From Macrostomum hystrix (lineage: Eukaryota > Animalia > Platyhelminthes): DNA of 64,000 bases. A program made the position numbers and the translations under genes. Under the pieces are notes generated by a model, which worked only from the letters and a program-made list of their open reading frames with translations, was not told the origin of the DNA and did not search any database. Where the stretch lies: positions 7,626,001 to 7,690,000 of the forward strand of contig CATNEN010000029.1 of the NCBI GenBank assembly GCA_950097015.1, written 5' to 3'. Positions 54,601 to 64,000 of this stretch are shown here, in pieces (positions within the stretch are counted from its first letter, which is position 1; each line of letters begins with the position of its first letter).

Positions 54601-56974
54601 TCAGCATAGTTATCAGCAATTATGTCAGCATAGTTATCAGCAATTATGTCAGTTAGTTATCAGCAATTATGTCAGCATAGTTATCAGCAATTATGTCAGC
54701 ATAGTTATCAGCAATTATGTCAGCATAGTTATCAGCAATTATGTCAGCATAGTTATCTGCAATTATGTCAGCATAGTTATCAGCAATTATGTCAGCTAGT
54801 TATCAGAAATATGTCAGCATAGTTATCAGCAATTATGTCAGCATAGTTATCAGCAATTATGTCAGCATAGTTATCAGCAAGTAATCAGCAATTATGTCAG
54901 CTAGTTATCAGCAATTATGTCAGCTAGTTATCAGCAATTATGTCAGCTAGTTATCAGCAATTATGTCAACTAGTTATCAGCAATTATGTCAGCCAGTTAT
55001 CAGCAATTATGTCAGCCAGTTATCAGCAATTATGTCAACTAGTTATCAGCAATTATGTCAGCCAGTTATCAGCAATTATGTCAGCTAGTTATCAGCAATT
55101 ATGTCAGCTAGTTATCAGCAATTATGTCAACTAGTTATCAGCAATTATGTCAGCCAGTTATCAGCAATTATGTCAGCCAGTTATCAGCAATTATGTCAGT
55201 ATAGTTATCAGTCTTAACTCATAAAATAGATAGTTGCATAGGCACTGTACCGACTCTAAGAATCAAAATACCACGAAAAAATCATTTCTAACCTGAAATG
55301 ACTGATATGATGGCTGAAGAGACTTAAGGGCGTCATTCAGGTCGCCACGCATCGTGATTGGTCCCGGTTGAAATTTAACCAGACCTAATTAGACTATTGT
55401 TAATGATTCATTCCAGGCCTTGACGCGTTTTGCTCCGACATCAAGAATGCAATCGGCATCTCGCCCGGCATCTTCTGGCGCATCACCTGGAAATTCATCT
55501 CGCCGGCTTTTATTATGGTGAGAAATATATAGGAAATAGTTGTCTAAGCATACTACTTATATAAGTTGTGAATAGTAAGATTAGAAAATGTGGATATATA
55601 TGCTGTAAATAAATAATTCCATTCAGTGCATCATTGTGGCCACGATCTACACGTCATTCGATTCGACCAGCTATTTGTACTTTTACGCCTATTCAATGTA
55701 CCACCCGGAGCTGTTCCCGAATCGCACGGCCGACGGCGTCTATTTGTACTTTTATTCTGACTCGGCGAAGGCCGTCGGTTGGACGCTGACGCTGGTGCAG
55801 ATTGCCGCCATCTTCCTGTTTGTCATCATCGCCATCGTTCAGTATAGGGTGAGTGCTGAAGAAGGCTGATGCCACTTGGCGGTGGCGATCAGGGATTTAT
55901 TAGTAGGTTAATAATTTGGGATTCTGGTGAATTCGTTATTTCAGAAATTCGTGATTCGGTGACGAACTGGGATAACAAATTATATTTCGATATTTCTTAG
56001 AATTGGTGTCTTTCACATTTTTATGTTTATATTTGTAAAAATAATTTTTTTTCAAGATTTGTGACCTAAAAGATTTGTGATTTCTAAACATCTACATTTT
56101 AATTTAGGATTTGTATTTCAAAGAATTTCTACCCAATAAGTTTATCAAGAAATAACATTTTGAATAATTAGCATTTATATTTCTAAGTATTTTATTTAAT
56201 TAAAACTGAATTTCCAAAAATTTTGTATTTATAAGAATTCGGATGTCTAGGAATTAAGATTTCAAAGAATTTTGATTTAGAGGAATTAGGATTTCAAAGA
56301 ATTTTGATTTAGAGGAATTAAGATTTCAAAGAATTTTGATTTAGAGGAATTAGGATTTCTAAGAAATCGGACTCTAAAGAAACTTTTTTTCGAAGAACTT
56401 GCAGTTCTAAGAATTGGATTTCTACGAATTTCGGAGTTCTACGACTTAGTTTTCTTAAAATTTGGATAAGAAAAAAGTTTGATATCTAAAAAAGGTTTCC
56501 TAGAACTTGGAATTTAAAGATTTAGGTTTTAAAACATTGGGACTTTTTAGAATCGGAAAATAAATGGAAAATTAGGAACTTTAACTAGGAATTACATTCA
56601 AATAGCAATATCACTTTTAGCTACGAATCAGGATTCAATTTGACCTTCAATCACCCACTTTCCCGCCCGGCCACTATTAGAGCCCATTGAAGGCCATCTC
56701 GCCAGTCTGGCAGCACGCCGACATCGACGCCGGGGCTGGACGCAGCCGGGCCAGATGCCGCCACTGGGCTAGCCTAGGCCCGGCCACCGTGTTCCCGCTG
56801 CGGCAGCTCTGCCCGGCCCAGCTGGGCGTCACCGACCTGACAAGCGCCGCGGAGATGCAGACCCGAAGGAGCAGGCAGCATGAAAACGGCGGCTACGTCA
56901 GCGAGACTTCGGCCACTGCCGACTATGTGGACGCTGTCGTCGACTCGCAGGCGATTGCGATTCACTATAAATAA
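42758..56974 (+). CDS. SLC6 sodium:neurotransmitter symporter, monoamine (DAT/NET/OAT-like) type, about 656 aa
   Basis: Exons 42758-42893, 43068-43428, 49265-49535, 50713-50941, 51858-51970, 52066-52209, 54138-54237, 55417-55517, 55627-55848 and 56681-56974; all GT-AG, total 1971 nt in frame. [28 protein letters not shown] (TM1 Asp), [36 protein letters not shown]. Confidence 0.93.
43449..43670. repeat. 41-bp tandem array (five full units plus a partial)
   Basis: Unit gtcattcctgtgctgacatcctcttatctaactaggcgggt, starting 20 bp after a splice donor. Confidence 0.93.
44455..44545. repeat. (CAG/CAA)n microsatellite
   Basis: Intronic and non-coding. Confidence 0.9.
45243..48163 (-). mobile_element. 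RTE-type non-LTR retrotransposon, 5'-truncated, young
   Basis: (TAT)n 3' tail, short 3' UTR with a ggccac-ttct-gtggtc hairpin, 12-bp TSD tcactatcccta at 45231-45242 and 48164-48175. GC content much higher than the flanks. Confidence 0.93.
45309..48167 (-). CDS. APE endonuclease plus reverse transcriptase ORF, 952 codons
   Basis: TFNCRTL, LQEV, GDLNA and SDH (APE); [31 protein letters not shown] and FVYLG (RT). No stops. Starts on GTG at the truncation junction, no ATG. Confidence 0.93.
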   Translation of the reverse strand: MTFNCRTLKPAWRRGMLAKLASDLRLDLVMLQEVSITAESGLHREDLGSGWTLHYTSADSRGRGGVGVLVGPRLRESICCVSLSARLLRVDVRLRRRNVRLFCAYAPTAAHQQEAQEFFEFLSEQLEMVAHRDTVVMLGDLNAVAPRSQRCPFVSPRQNANTAALADLMARLDLVSANTRFRKPPNRLATFAGCKRRRRNARGRFATTRLAQLDHVLIRHRERSRLQNCDTMEPLAVRSDHRLLYCDLRLSDPLYRPPKRPRRRYFRALQDPGTRSRFAYAFATALGSAQAPDYSTISSAIATAAAKTLPLMEPASRQLPVWASDPEVREARRTVEQLRRARRPTSDAEKALADAYASRQKAAVDDAIRAVTSVGPERQNRVVWPVVNALTGRKTKAALNLAGDTAEERRNELRTFFAAIVNAPPPTLPNEMPLPPEVALPRQEDFDTSPVTSTDIVEFARRAPGGRAPGPDEVPVEALRVTRVATEVARVMNGVLAGGPAPREWTQATIVGIPKKPGTTKKEEHRGISLMSCAAKLFNRVLLARLQPVLDSFLRYEQNGFRPRRGTVTQILALRRIIEEARIHQSSLVVIFVDFLKAFDSVARGALPHVLRAYNIPQQLISAIMALYQDTTAVVATPDGPSDLFSTTSGVLQGDTLAPFLFVLVMDWVLRTGLPTAEDGFLLQRRTSRRHPEKKLSVLGYADDLALLSTTAEGAQRLLDGLTAAAARVGLAINAMKTEVLTVPQNLPAEIRLRDGDGPGTVLPKCRQFVYLGGLVPDVGDDLARRRGKAWAAYRSVRAVLLSEALSNGARSQLFQAVVETALLYNAETWTMTGALEAQLDAAHAALVRAAFGARRGPGSETTESLYQRARLTRPSVLLSQRRLRLAGHVIRAEAYCPEPLQDVLLWTSQGPRRRGQGRTARYIDRLFEDARAPSQAAGVKHVRDLALKRAF
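49665..50400. repeat. TC-rich low-complexity array
   Basis: ctcccctttctccc-like units; intronic. Confidence 0.9.
50990..51720. repeat. 7-bp tandem array
   Basis: (tgctcag)n with tattcag variants. Confidence 0.95.
52265..53900. repeat. 23/24-bp tandem array
   Basis: Unit ctgacctcccatccttcagtagg. Confidence 0.95.
54318..55210. repeat. 23/24-bp tandem array
   Basis: Unit gttatcagcaattatgtcagcata. Confidence 0.95.
56250..56370. repeat. 32-bp tandem repeat, about three copies, with degenerate flanks
   Basis: Unit gaattaagatttcaaagaattttgatttagag. Confidence 0.8.
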
Positions 56975-57039
56975 ATGAACAAATGTTCTCTATGCGCTAC
57001 AAAAAATTGGCTGTCATTTAATCTATTAGACTGTGGAGA

Positions 57040-57705
57040 GACAAGGGGAGAGATAAGACTAGGGAGAGATGAGACACGGGAGGGATGAGACACGGGAGAG
57101 ATAAGACAAGGGGAGAGATAAGACACGGGAGAGATAAGACAAGGGGAGAGATGAGACACGGGAGAGATAAGACAAGGGGAGAGATGAGACACGGGGAGAG
57201 ATAGGACACGGGAGAGATGATACATGGGGAGAGATAAGACACGGGAGAGATAAGACACGGGAGAGATGAGACATGGGGAGAGATAAGACACGGGAGAGAT
57301 AAGACAAGGTAGAGATGAGACACGGGAGAGATAAGACACGGGAGAGATGAGACATGGGGAGAGATAAGACACGGGAGAGATAAGACAAGGGGAGAGATGA
57401 GACATGGCAGAGATGAGACACGGGAGAGATAAGACGAGGGGAGAGATGAGACATGGGGAGAGATGAGACAAGGGGAGAGATGAGACATGGGGAGAGATGA
57501 GACACGGGAGAGATAAGACGAGGGGAGAGATGAGACATGGGGAGAGATGAGACAAGGGGAGAGATAAGACAAGGGAGAGACGAGACAAGGGGAGAGATAA
57601 GACAAGGGAGAGATGAGACAAGGGGAGAGATAAGACACGGGAGAGATGAGACAAGGGGTGAGATGACACACAGGAGAGAAGAGACAGGGGAGAGATGAGA
57701 CATGA
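57040..57705. repeat. gggagagataagacac minisatellite (reverse complement of the tctctcccgtg family)
   Basis: Same family as 19430 and 23800, opposite orientation. Confidence 0.92.
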
Positions 57706-58439
57706 TTGAATGAAATAATCAAATCACATTCAATGTTTAGCTTGCACGAAATGTCACAGTTACTATTACAATCACACCTATCATAAACAATTGACGAACT
57801 GCTCGTATATTCGAAATCATTAAACTGTTTTACACCAGCATCACAATGGCAGGATATGTATAATCTTAAAATAACGTTTTCTAGGATTCAAAAATATATA
57901 TTGACTTATAATTTATTTTTTTCAAACTAAGTAAACACTTTTTTTATTAAAAAAGCCCTAGAAAAAACGTAAAGGTGTGTCTGGATAAGCTAAACAATAA
58001 GAATGTGTTCGGGATACTGTAGAAAGACCTATAAACAAGAAAACATGCTTTGACAGTAGAATAATGCTTTGAAAGCTTGTTTTTAAAAGACCGCCCTATC
58101 AGCCAGACCATCTAATTACTGGCGTTTTAGGGGGAGATCAGACAGCTTATCTATACTTTATGGGTCTAGATTTGGCAATCCAGTTTTTAATTAGACTATA
58201 AATAATCAATTGTACTTAACTGCAATCAAACTGTCGGGTTTGTGTTTAATAAACAGAAAGCAACATAATGAGTGCATTATACTCGTTTTAATTACACCAT
58301 TACACTTTGACTACTTTAAGTAGAAGCGGCAGAAAATTCAGGGTCTGCGATTTTCTCTGATAGACTAAGCAGCGAGACAACATAAGGCAAAGCAGTATAG
58401 AGATGGGAAACAGACGGAACTAAAGGATTTTCTAGAGAA

Positions 58440-59050
58440 TATCTAGAGACCAGACACGAGAATATCTAGAGACCAGACACGAGAATATTTAGAGACCAGA
58501 CACGAGAATATCTAGAGACCAGACACGAGAATATCTAGAGACCAGACACGAGAATATTTAGAGACCAGACACGAGAATATCTAGAGACCAGACACGAGAA
58601 TATCTAGAGACCAGACACGAGAATATCTAGAGACCAGACACTAGAATATCTAGAGACCAGACACGAGAATATCTAGAGACCAGACACTAGAATATCTAGA
58701 GACCAGACACGAGAATATCTAGAGACCAGACACGAGAATATCTAGAGACCAGACACGAGAATATCTAGAGACCAGACACGAGAATATCTAGAGACCAGAC
58801 ACGAGAATATCTAGAGACCAGACACTAGAATATCTAGAGATCATGCACAGGAATATCTAGAGACCAGACACGAGAATATCTAGAGACCAGACACGAGAAT
58901 ATCTAGAGACCAGACACGAGAATATCTAGAGACCAGACACGAGAATATCTAGAGACCAGACACGAGAATATCTAGAGACCAGACACGAGAATATCTAGAG
59001 ACCAGACACTAGAATATCTAGAGATCATGCACAGGAATATCTAGAGACGA
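58440..59050. repeat. 23-bp tandem array
   Basis: Unit ctagagaccagacacgagaatat. Confidence 0.95.
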
Positions 59051-59399
59051 GACAAAAAAAAATATCTAGTGTTTGAGATAGTTAAGAAATCAAGGGCCTA
59101 AGACAAACCGGGTGATATGGACACAGTAAACAGTAAGATCTAAGATACTGTAATCGGATTACAAAATATTATTTTTTAATTTGTTAATTTGTGACAATAA
59201 AATTCTTACATCGACTAAAAATAGAGAAGATATAGTAAAGCAACAAGCTCATTGCCAGATCGTACTATTGATAGACAGAAATGAGGCATTGGATAGTGTG
59301 ACAAATTAATTATGAAATCTATAACTGAACATGTTTACATTTTGTAAAAAATCGCTACCAAATAAAATATTCTGACATTCAGACAGGACAACACGCATG

Positions 59400-59645
59400 T
59401 AGCTCAGGACAGACAGGTAGCTCAGGACAGACAGGTAGCTCAGGACAGACAGGTAGCTCAGGACAGACAGGTAGCTCAGGACAGACAGGTAGCTCAGGAC
59501 AGGCAGCTAGCTCAGGAAGGACAGGTAGCCCAGGACAGACAGGTAGCTCAGGACAGACAGGTAGCTCAGGACAGACAGGTAACCCAGGACAGACAGGTAG
59601 CTCAGGACAGACAGGTAGCTCAGGACAGACAGCTAGCTCAGGAAG
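59400..59645. repeat. 18-bp tandem array
   Basis: Unit agctcaggacagacaggt. Confidence 0.93.
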
Positions 59646-59793
59646 GACAGTAGAGACTATCCCAAGTTAATGGCAAGTCAGGTAACCCAGGCCCAAAAGC
59701 AAAAGCCATAGACGCAGCAATTTTCTTATTCGCTCAGGGCTTAGAAAATGAGCTCATAGACTCAGTGGCTTAGTGATTAGTCCATCCGCAGAT

Positions 59794-62190
59794 TTAGCTG
59801 GGATTGAGATCGGTAAACGCGATAATTCTCTCAATGCCAATTAGACGGAACAGTATTGGGCAGGTGTAGACAACGTTGAATGCAACCAGACTGTAGGTGA
59901 CAAATTTGTACGGTAGTTCCACGCGAAGCAATTGCAAATTGCCCGATTTGTCGCTGTGATCTAGCCTGTAGATGAGGCACAGGCAGCGGTAGGTGAGAGC
60001 CTTCATAGCGCTTCGGGTGGCAATGAGCACAGTGCCACCTAGAGCCATGCGCATCGCTGTGCTGCCAACGAATTCCAGGTCCGGAAATTTGACAGGGTAT
60101 GGCGGCGGCGCCAGGGGCCGATTGTAGAAACCCTGCAGGAACAGATTGGGGAATTGCATGATTCTTTAATATGTACTGTTTTATTGACAGATAGACAGAG
60201 ATAATCGCTTTTATTGCTAATCCTAGAATCTCGATTTCAAAGCCAATCTTAGTATGTAGACGGTAATCCAAGATTCAGGATTTGGGAGCTAATCCTAGAA
60301 ACAGATAACAGGTAGATTCAGGATTTGACAGGTAATCATAGAAACAGGATTTGACAGGCACTTCCAGATTTAGGATTTGATAGAAAATCCCCGGTTTAAG
60401 GATTTGACAAGTAATCCCAAATTTAAGATTGGATGGTAATCCCAGTTTCAGGTTTTGACAGGTAATCCCAGACACAAGGCTTAATAGATGATCCTAGACA
60501 CGGTACTTGACAGGTTTTCCACTATGTTTGACAGGTGATCCCAGATTAGGAATTTGGCAAGTAATCCCAGAATCAGGATTTGACAGGTAATCCCAGTTTC
60601 AGGATTTGACAGGTAATCCCAGTTTCAGGATTTGACAGGTAATCCCAGTTTCAGGATTTGACAGGTAATCCCAGTTTCAGGATTTGACAGGTAATCCCAG
60701 TTTCAGGATTTGAAAGGCAATCCCAAACTCAGGATTTGACAGGTAATCCCAGTTTCAGGATTTGACAGGTAATCCCAGTTTCAGGATTTGACAGGTAATC
60801 CCAGTTTCAGGATTTGACAGGTAATCCCAGTTTCAGGATTTGACAGGTAATCCCAGTTTCAGGATTTGAAAGGCAATCCCAAACTCAGGATTTGACAGGT
60901 AATCCCAGTTTCAGGATTTGACAGGTAATCCCAGTTTCAGGATTTGACAGGTAATCCCAGTTTCAGGATTTGACAGGTAATCCCAGTTTCCGGATTTGAC
61001 AGGTAATCCCAGTTTCAGGATTTGACAGGTAATCCCAGTTTCAGGATTTGACAGGTAATCCCAGTTTCAGGATTTGACAGGTAATCCCAGTTTCAGGATT
61101 TGACAGGTAATCCCAGTTTCAGGATTTGACAGGTAATCCCAGTTTCAGGATTTGACAGGTAATCCTAGGCCATTGACTCACCTGTCTGTAGGCCATCCAG
61201 GATGCCACGGACACTCCGCACTGCACAGCCAGTGTCATAGTTGAGTCGCCCCTAGCCGAATTCCACTGCTCTAGCCGTGGATAGGCGCAGCACAGCAGCA
61301 GCAGCAGCAGCGGGATTAGCACTGGAGCCCATGGATTTGTCAGCTGCAGATTATCGAGCCAATCTAGCCAGGGAATAATTCCGGCTAAGAAAACGGCGCC
61401 AAACAGGGCACCACAGACCACATCCTGAAAAATATGGAGTTGCCATATTTAAATGAACTAATGAGCTCACGTGTTCTCAGTTAAAAAATCCGTCAAAAAA
61501 GTGTTGCCATACGCGCCAAAATAATTTTACAATTCTCGTGAAAAATCAAAGGGACATTTTTGTGTGGCATTTGCAATCACAGTGTGCGCATCGATGACGG
61601 GCATCCCGCGTCCAAATCTGTGGTACAAAACTCGGACGTCCAAGTCCGATTTTGAGACACACACGCGCCGCACACAGTGTGCTAACTGTGAAACACAATC
61701 AGACCAACAATTTGGTACAAAGCGATTTGTTTACACTTTGATTAAGCCAAATATGCTACTTTAGTAGTCGAATTGGGTAATGATTGTGAATTTACGAAAT
61801 TTCAAACCAAATTTATTTTGACGATTTATATAAACTTTTAAGTTGCCATGACGACGTACGCTCGTACAATTCAGCAAAAACAGCAATGCGCTAATTAGCG
61901 ACAAAAAACAAACACGCTAGCTGTGCAATCAAATATTTACATCTGGTAACTTTCGTACCCAGGACAATCACACGGTCATGGCGGCTAGCTGGCTGCAAGG
62001 AAATTATTCAGAATTTAAAATACTAAAATAAACTAAATTAAACATAAATTATGCAACAACAATTTTCAATCCTTATCAAAGAATTGAAAGGCAGGCTTAC
62101 CAGGACGCTGTGCATGCCCAGGTAGATTCTGCTCAGACAGACCAACAGAGACCACATTGAGCACAGCAGGAAACCCAGCTCCGTTGAGTA
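59794..62190 (-). CDS. Sphingosine-1-phosphate phosphatase (SGPP1/2-like, PAP2 family), 3' part only
   Basis: Phase-0 exons 62190-62101, 61424-61182 and 60132-59794 give WSLLVCLSRIYLGMHSVL-DVVCG (PAP2 motif 3), WNSARGDST and VELPYKFVTY. The 5' exons were not identified in the window. Confidence 0.88.
60565..61165. repeat. 26-bp tandem array (degenerate copies from about 60260)
   Basis: Unit ggtaatcccagtttcaggatttgaca; SGPP intron. Confidence 0.95.
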
Positions 62191-62637
62191 CTGAGTGGTT
62201 GAAGGGTGTAAAAAGATAAATGTCGCAGGCCTCTCCGCCTATTAGCCAATCATAACACTGGAGTTCGTTTCCCCATTCTTGTCCGACCAAAGCATCGGAG
62301 AGAGTTCTCCCTTCTGGACCAATCAGAACAATGGAGGCTCTTCCCCTTCTTGACCAATCAGAGCATCGCTAGCCATTTTCCCTTCTCTGTCAATTATAAA
62401 TTTCGAAAAAACCATTACTACCTAACCTTTGGCCCAATAAAAATATTGCATACAATTTTTTTGCTCTCGAGCAGTCAAATGATTGCTAGTTATTCACAAT
62501 GATAAAACAATTCTCATTTTGTACCTATACATCCTTAAGGAAAATGTAAATATTGTTATCCCAGTCGAATATAGGTGATATTCCAATTGAAAATTTACGT
62601 ACAGAGTAAAAAATATCAATAAAAACTTATCCCACTG

Positions 62638-62959
62638 GGGGGTCGGTGGCAGAGCGGTTAACACGTTTGACTGTCTTACCATGGTCCCTAAGTTCGATTC
62701 CACGGCGAGGCCACATTCATTCCACGGCGAGGCCACATTGAAGGCCAACCTTCAAAGCACAGTGTACGCTGCCTGACGATGAGAAAGTCAGGGCAGATGT
62801 ACACACCTGTGTGAGCGTGTGCCTGCGTACGGTATCTGTGTGCGTGTGTGCTCAGGAGTCAGCGAAATGGGCAGAATTGCCTCCTCGCTGGCTGCGGGTC
62901 TAGTGTCACCAATGATGTGACATTGCCAGCAGCCCTCCTGCTAATTAATAATATTATTA
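62638..62959 (+). mobile_element. tRNA-derived SINE family A with about 11-bp TSD
   Basis: A box tggcagagcgg, B box gttcgattcc, (att)n tail. TSD ttatccca[c/a]tg at 62627-62637 and 62960-62970. Confidence 0.92.
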
Positions 62960-64000
62960 TTATCCCAATGTAAAGCACACAGAATCCCTGACTAATCAAA
63001 CTGTCACCATAAAGGAAATATTATCAATAAAAACGGACAACAAATCCCAAATCTAGAAAAAACACTGCTCCCATAAACAGATTCCAATCGGTCAAGAGCC
63101 TCGTCTATACTCAAGATAGAGTCCTATACTCACAAGACAATAGCAAAGTCAATAATAATTTTAGCTCAGCATGAAGCCATAATCCGGATAGGACCATATC
63201 TATGGCTAGTATTTGACTGAGTGACCACACAGTGCCACAAACACGTGGAGAGACATAATGCAATTAACTTCAGCCGTTGGCTATATTTGATGGCCTAATC
63301 AGTTAGGCAAATTGCTCAGAGAGAACAGTACGAGCTGCCTTGCTGCAATTATTATCAGGCTCAGAAAATATGGGCATCGATCAGAAACAGAGATTTTACC
63401 TATTTTACCGTATTTCTGGATTCTATTTGGGACAAAGGTGAGAATTTGTGACTGGTTTAATTTCATTTGGAACCAGCGAGTTATTTTTGCACCTAAAATA
63501 TTCTGAACTAAAGATTTACACAATGACCAGATGACAATTGATTGACAGTTATATTCAAATTTACATTGATTAGCGAGAATAGTTCACCCTCTATTGCCAC
63601 GTGTAAAATGCACTTATACTCGTAGCAAATGGTGCGCAAACAAAAGGCTTAAAAATCGATTTTCGACTAAATTCTGACTGGCAGGCTGTTATTTGGCCCA
63701 CCAACTCGCCAAAAACGTATCCCTTTATTCTCACACGAGCTCATCATAAGAGGACGGCAGCAAACAGAGTTTTATTTGCACCGGTCAGCTTGCGAAGGCC
63801 CACCACTACAACGCGCTTATATTTCAGTCTATGCTCTCTTCAGAACAATAGAACGAGAATACAATAACCAATGGCTAAAGGGACTGAACGCATTAAAATG
63901 AATAAATTATTAACTATACACTATGAAGATTGTAAATAAAAAATACCTGACCAATCAGAAGATTGTGCATCTTTCACAAAAAAAACCAATCAGTGGATTG

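Noticed and set aside
62760-62810. Hammerhead ribozyme in SINE family A (CTGACGA...GAAA, as in the schistosome Sm-alpha SINE)
   Set aside because: Only three nucleotides separate the two boxes, so there is no stem II, and no NUH site is in register. The sequence is fully explained by a simple hairpin cctgac-gatgagaaa-gtcagg, and another copy has gaagagaag in the loop.
63100-63260. Candidate upstream SGPP exon ending in a GTGAGT donor
   Set aside because: No frame contains the expected PAP2 motif 2 (PSxH), so it is unsupported.
62240-64000. Several CCAAT boxes (about 62247, 62318, 62352, 63949, 63986) as a promoter
   Set aside because: They lie within or beyond an intron of a partial gene, with no TSS evidence. 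Short motifs alone are not enough.

Overview
Eukaryotic (animal) genomic DNA: GC-rich exons with GT-AG introns, separated by AT-rich sequence that is heavily filled with 7-42 bp tandem arrays. This style suggests a repeat-rich invertebrate, possibly a free-living flatworm such as Macrostomum (inference only). Seven intron-containing host genes could be assembled by hand: an SLC35D-type nucleotide-sugar transporter (+), an anosmin-1-like FN3 protein (+, apparently WAP-less, with four +1 frameshifts), uridine-cytidine kinase-like 1 (+, one +1 frameshift), a WW plus CUE-like repeat protein (+), an eh1 plus four-C2H2 transcription factor (-), an SLC6 monoamine-type transporter (+, 10 exons) and the 3' part of a sphingosine-1-phosphate phosphatase (-). 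Mobile DNA includes a P-superfamily THAP transposon with 32-bp TIRs and a 7-bp TSD nested inside a solo LTR, a hAT MITE with an 8-bp TSD, a young RTE-type LINE with an intact 952-codon ORF inserted into an intronic satellite, two tRNA-derived SINE families, and old LINE fragments. No CRISPR array, rRNA or true tRNA gene is supported. All family assignments rest on recalled motifs, not on database searches. Repeat boundaries are approximate.
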